DNA of 48,729 nucleotides from Alphaproteobacteria bacterium (GTDB lineage Bacteria; Pseudomonadota; Alphaproteobacteria; Rs-D84): NCBI GenBank assembly GCA_017549445.1, contig JAFYUU010000010.1, positions 1 to 48,729 of the forward strand, read 5' to 3'. Shown piece by piece: positions 46,169 to 48,729 of this stretch (position 1 is its first letter; each line of letters starts with the position of its first letter). The notes under the pieces were generated by a model. It saw only the letters and a program-made list of their open reading frames with translations, ran no database searches and was not told where the DNA came from. The position numbers and the translations under genes were made by a program.

Positions 46169-48238
46169 TTATTCACATGCACCGTGGGATTTTGCAACCG
46201 CATAGTTTGGTATGCATGTACTTCCCGACACAACACATGCCGATGGCACAGGCACCAATTGCCCACCCACCTTGGCACGATAGTTAAACTGTGCCTGCTT
46301 GCACAATCCCATATCGTTATACATACCACACATCTGTTCCCATGACGCACAGTCCATCACCTGACCTGTGGGCGAAACGGTATCTGGCAATTTCAGATTC
46401 CATTTCACATAAAAATCACGCAAAGAACCAATTGAATACGCCTTGCCGAATGCGACCTGGGCCAACCCATCCCCAACCCGACAGTTGATATTGTTCTTTT
46501 CAACAAAAGCCGTAATTGCGGTTGCCAATGCCCCAGTTCCTGCACCAACCCCGGCACCAATCAGTGCATTTCTGGCGATTGTTGACGCTTCGCCATTTTG
46601 CATTAAATCAACCAGTTCTGATGTGAACACACCACGCAATCTGTCCATTTCTGGTTTCAACTCGTTCGGTGTCTGGCATCTGCCATCGGACACGGCACAG
46701 TAAATCCCACGTCCTTCAATTTTTGCCAAGTTCAACGGATAGAACAAGCAACCTGCCACGGCCTCGCCATCAATTTCTGCATCAAATTCACTTGCCAACT
46801 GGTCCAAACATTGCTGTGCAGACGTATATCCTTTACCCATACATGGCATTGCGAACTCGAACTGTGCAAAGCATTCGTCCAGGTTATCATATCCATTACA
46901 CACCAAAGCCGCTTCATATTCTGCGACAACTGATGCCCCACCATCACAACTGGCCATTGCGGTTCTCAACAACCGATATGTATCATACAGTTCGACAATT
47001 TCCCGACACTGGAATCTGTTTATATCCGCATCCAGCGAAGAAATCCGTGAACCTGCCGACATATACTCGCCCAACGTTGCCAGATTTGCATCTGTCCGCA
47101 ACTGATCAAACATCAACTTGCGATGTTCTGGGTCTGCACAGTCAAATGGCTTTGCCCCGTGTCCAGTCAATGCACCAACACCGGCACCAACGACTGTTCC
47201 GCCACCGACCCCAACAACGGCTGCTGTATTTGTTTTATTCATCAACGAGAACCCAAACAAATCCTTGTTGCATTGGAACGTTTCGCCTGCTTTTTTCCAG
47301 ACCTGTGCAGGTTCATCATTACCCACCGCCCCAAACAGCCAACTATTTTTAATTTGTTCGTCTTTATTGTATCCTGCCACACGGATATAGCATTCGCCAG
47401 TGGCCGCATCCCAACGTGCATAGTGTCCACGTCCACCATCAACCCCGGGATTTCCGTCATTTACACGCACCCCTTGTGGATTTGTTTTGACCAGGACATT
47501 ACCCTGCTGTTTGTTATATGCCCCAACGGTATCATTGTATTCTGCTGTGGTCCGTCCAGAATTCGCAACTGCCGTGAACGAGTCCCCATACGTATTTTTA
47601 TCCAACAGTCGGCACGTATTTTCCGCCTGATTTGGTGTCAATCCCGTCTTACGCAGGATAAAGTTATAGTATTCCGGTTGCACACGTCTTGAATTAAAGT
47701 CCAACCAAACATCTGCATCGCTGCGATAAACATTTTTGCAATCTTTTCGAACTGTCTCGACACATTTTTCAACCTGCACCTGACACAGTCCCATACCGTT
47801 CATGATTGAGTGCCGCAAATCTTCATTAAACATATCGTTTAATCCACCCGCCAAGGCCCCTGCATTGACACAGTTCAAGATATCCGTCATACACCCTTCG
47901 ATTGTATATGTTGAATTTTTCACCCCACCGTCTGGACATTCTGGCGGTGTTGGTTTAACCGGTTCGTCTGGGGTCGGTTCATCTGGTTTTGGGTCATCTG
48001 GTTTTGGATTATCCGGCTTTGGATTATCTGGCTTTGGTGTTTCAGGCACCACCACCGGCTTTTGCAAATTAGTGGACACATTACCCGTTGTATTGATTGT
48101 CATTGACGGCATAGACGGCATACGCACACGACTGTATGCGTTGCGACCTGTGGCTTCGGCCCCAATGGCACTTCCAACAAACGCCAGCACCCCAAATCCT
48201 GCAACAGACATTCCCAATAACTTAAACCAGTTTTGCAT
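46169..48238 (-). CDS. Secreted Cys-rich protein with (PKPDN)n linker and two glycine-zipper helices
   Basis: Signal peptide; PKPDNPKPDNPKPDDPKPDEP; VGVGGGTVVGAGVGALTG and LIGAGVGAGTGALA. Confidence 0.85.
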   Translation of the reverse strand: MQNWFKLLGMSVAGFGVLAFVGSAIGAEATGRNAYSRVRMPSMPSMTINTTGNVSTNLQKPVVVPETPKPDNPKPDNPKPDDPKPDEPTPDEPVKPTPPECPDGGVKNSTYTIEGCMTDILNCVNAGALAGGLNDMFNEDLRHSIMNGMGLCQVQVEKCVETVRKDCKNVYRSDADVWLDFNSRRVQPEYYNFILRKTGLTPNQAENTCRLLDKNTYGDSFTAVANSGRTTAEYNDTVGAYNKQQGNVLVKTNPQGVRVNDGNPGVDGGRGHYARWDAATGECYIRVAGYNKDEQIKNSWLFGAVGNDEPAQVWKKAGETFQCNKDLFGFSLMNKTNTAAVVGVGGGTVVGAGVGALTGHGAKPFDCADPEHRKLMFDQLRTDANLATLGEYMSAGSRISSLDADINRFQCREIVELYDTYRLLRTAMASCDGGASVVAEYEAALVCNGYDNLDECFAQFEFAMPCMGKGYTSAQQCLDQLASEFDAEIDGEAVAGCLFYPLNLAKIEGRGIYCAVSDGRCQTPNELKPEMDRLRGVFTSELVDLMQNGEASTIARNALIGAGVGAGTGALATAITAFVEKNNINCRVGDGLAQVAFGKAYSIGSLRDFYVKWNLKLPDTVSPTGQVMDCASWEQMCGMYNDMGLCKQAQFNYRAKVGGQLVPVPSACVVSGSTCIPNYAVAKSHGACE

Positions 48239-48359
48239 TTATAACTCCCCCGTTTATTATCCCTGTTATTATATCACAAATTAGCCAATAAAAAAAACAC
48301 TTTTAGACAAAATATTTTCATTTGACAAACATTTTCTATTGTCTACAATTATATTCAAG

Positions 48360-48729
48360 ATGAAGAAAATATTGAATCTTATCAGTGCCCACCGCCACGC
48401 CATCACATGGTCGATACTTTATATCGCCACGATGTGGGTGGTATTTTACGGTCTGTTTGGATTTGATTTATTTTCCCTCCCCCAGTGGGCACAACTTCGT
48501 CATGCACACCTGCGTGGATTTCCAGGCCTTGTATTTGGCACATTGATAATGGCAATGATACCCATATACTGCACGACAACCCTGTTGATTATCCGCACCA
48601 AGCAACCTATTTTTTCCGCCCCAAAAATTATATCCACACCAGTAAATTGGATAAAGTCCGCATTTACCCCAACCCCTATTGAAAAACCGGCAGAAAAAAC
48701 CGACACCCCAGATTCCCAGACACCACCCC
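48360..48729 (+). CDS. Membrane protein, truncated by the window end
   Basis: Manual translation MKKILNLISAHRHAITWSILYIATMWVVFYGLFGFDLF...GLVFGTLIMAMIPIYC..., open to the end. TTGACA-N16-TACAAT upstream at 48322. Confidence 0.75.
   Translation, partial: MKKILNLISAHRHAITWSILYIATMWVVFYGLFGFDLFSLPQWAQLRHAHLRGFPGLVFGTLIMAMIPIYCTTTLLIIRTKQPIFSAPKIISTPVNWIKSAFTPTPIEKPAEKTDTPDSQTPP

Overview
A 48.7-kb chromosomal segment from an alphaproteobacterium. The ccrM, rpoA and rplQ sequences indicate the class; the gene content suggests a host-associated, genome-reduced lineage such as Rs-D84/'Enterousia', but that assignment is inference. Housekeeping genes (rnj, pgk, rnhB, slt, nrdR, ccrM, ppiD-like, tpiA, grpE, rplQ, rpoA) are scattered among many surface or secreted genes. 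These include two tandem pairs of eukaryote-like Cys-rich (CxxCxxGxY-repeat) proteins, a Pmp-like autotransporter, an ankyrin/inactive-subtilase/beta-barrel fusion, and a group of large Cys-rich, glycine-zipper proteins, one with an OmpA domain. Three observations stand out. (1) A duplicated leader lies in front of both Cys-rich loci, with an antisense sigma70 promoter between two related 34-bp hairpins whose loops are complementary; it is a candidate sRNA or kissing-loop switch. (2) Nine orphan proteins without signal peptides end in the same motif, [KNR]-[QTV]-[KR]-stop, a candidate export signal. (3) A set of paralogous secreted Cys-helical/Gly-zipper proteins could form an undescribed membrane-inserting apparatus. 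I recognised no rRNA, tRNA, CRISPR array, transposase, recombinase or reverse transcriptase.
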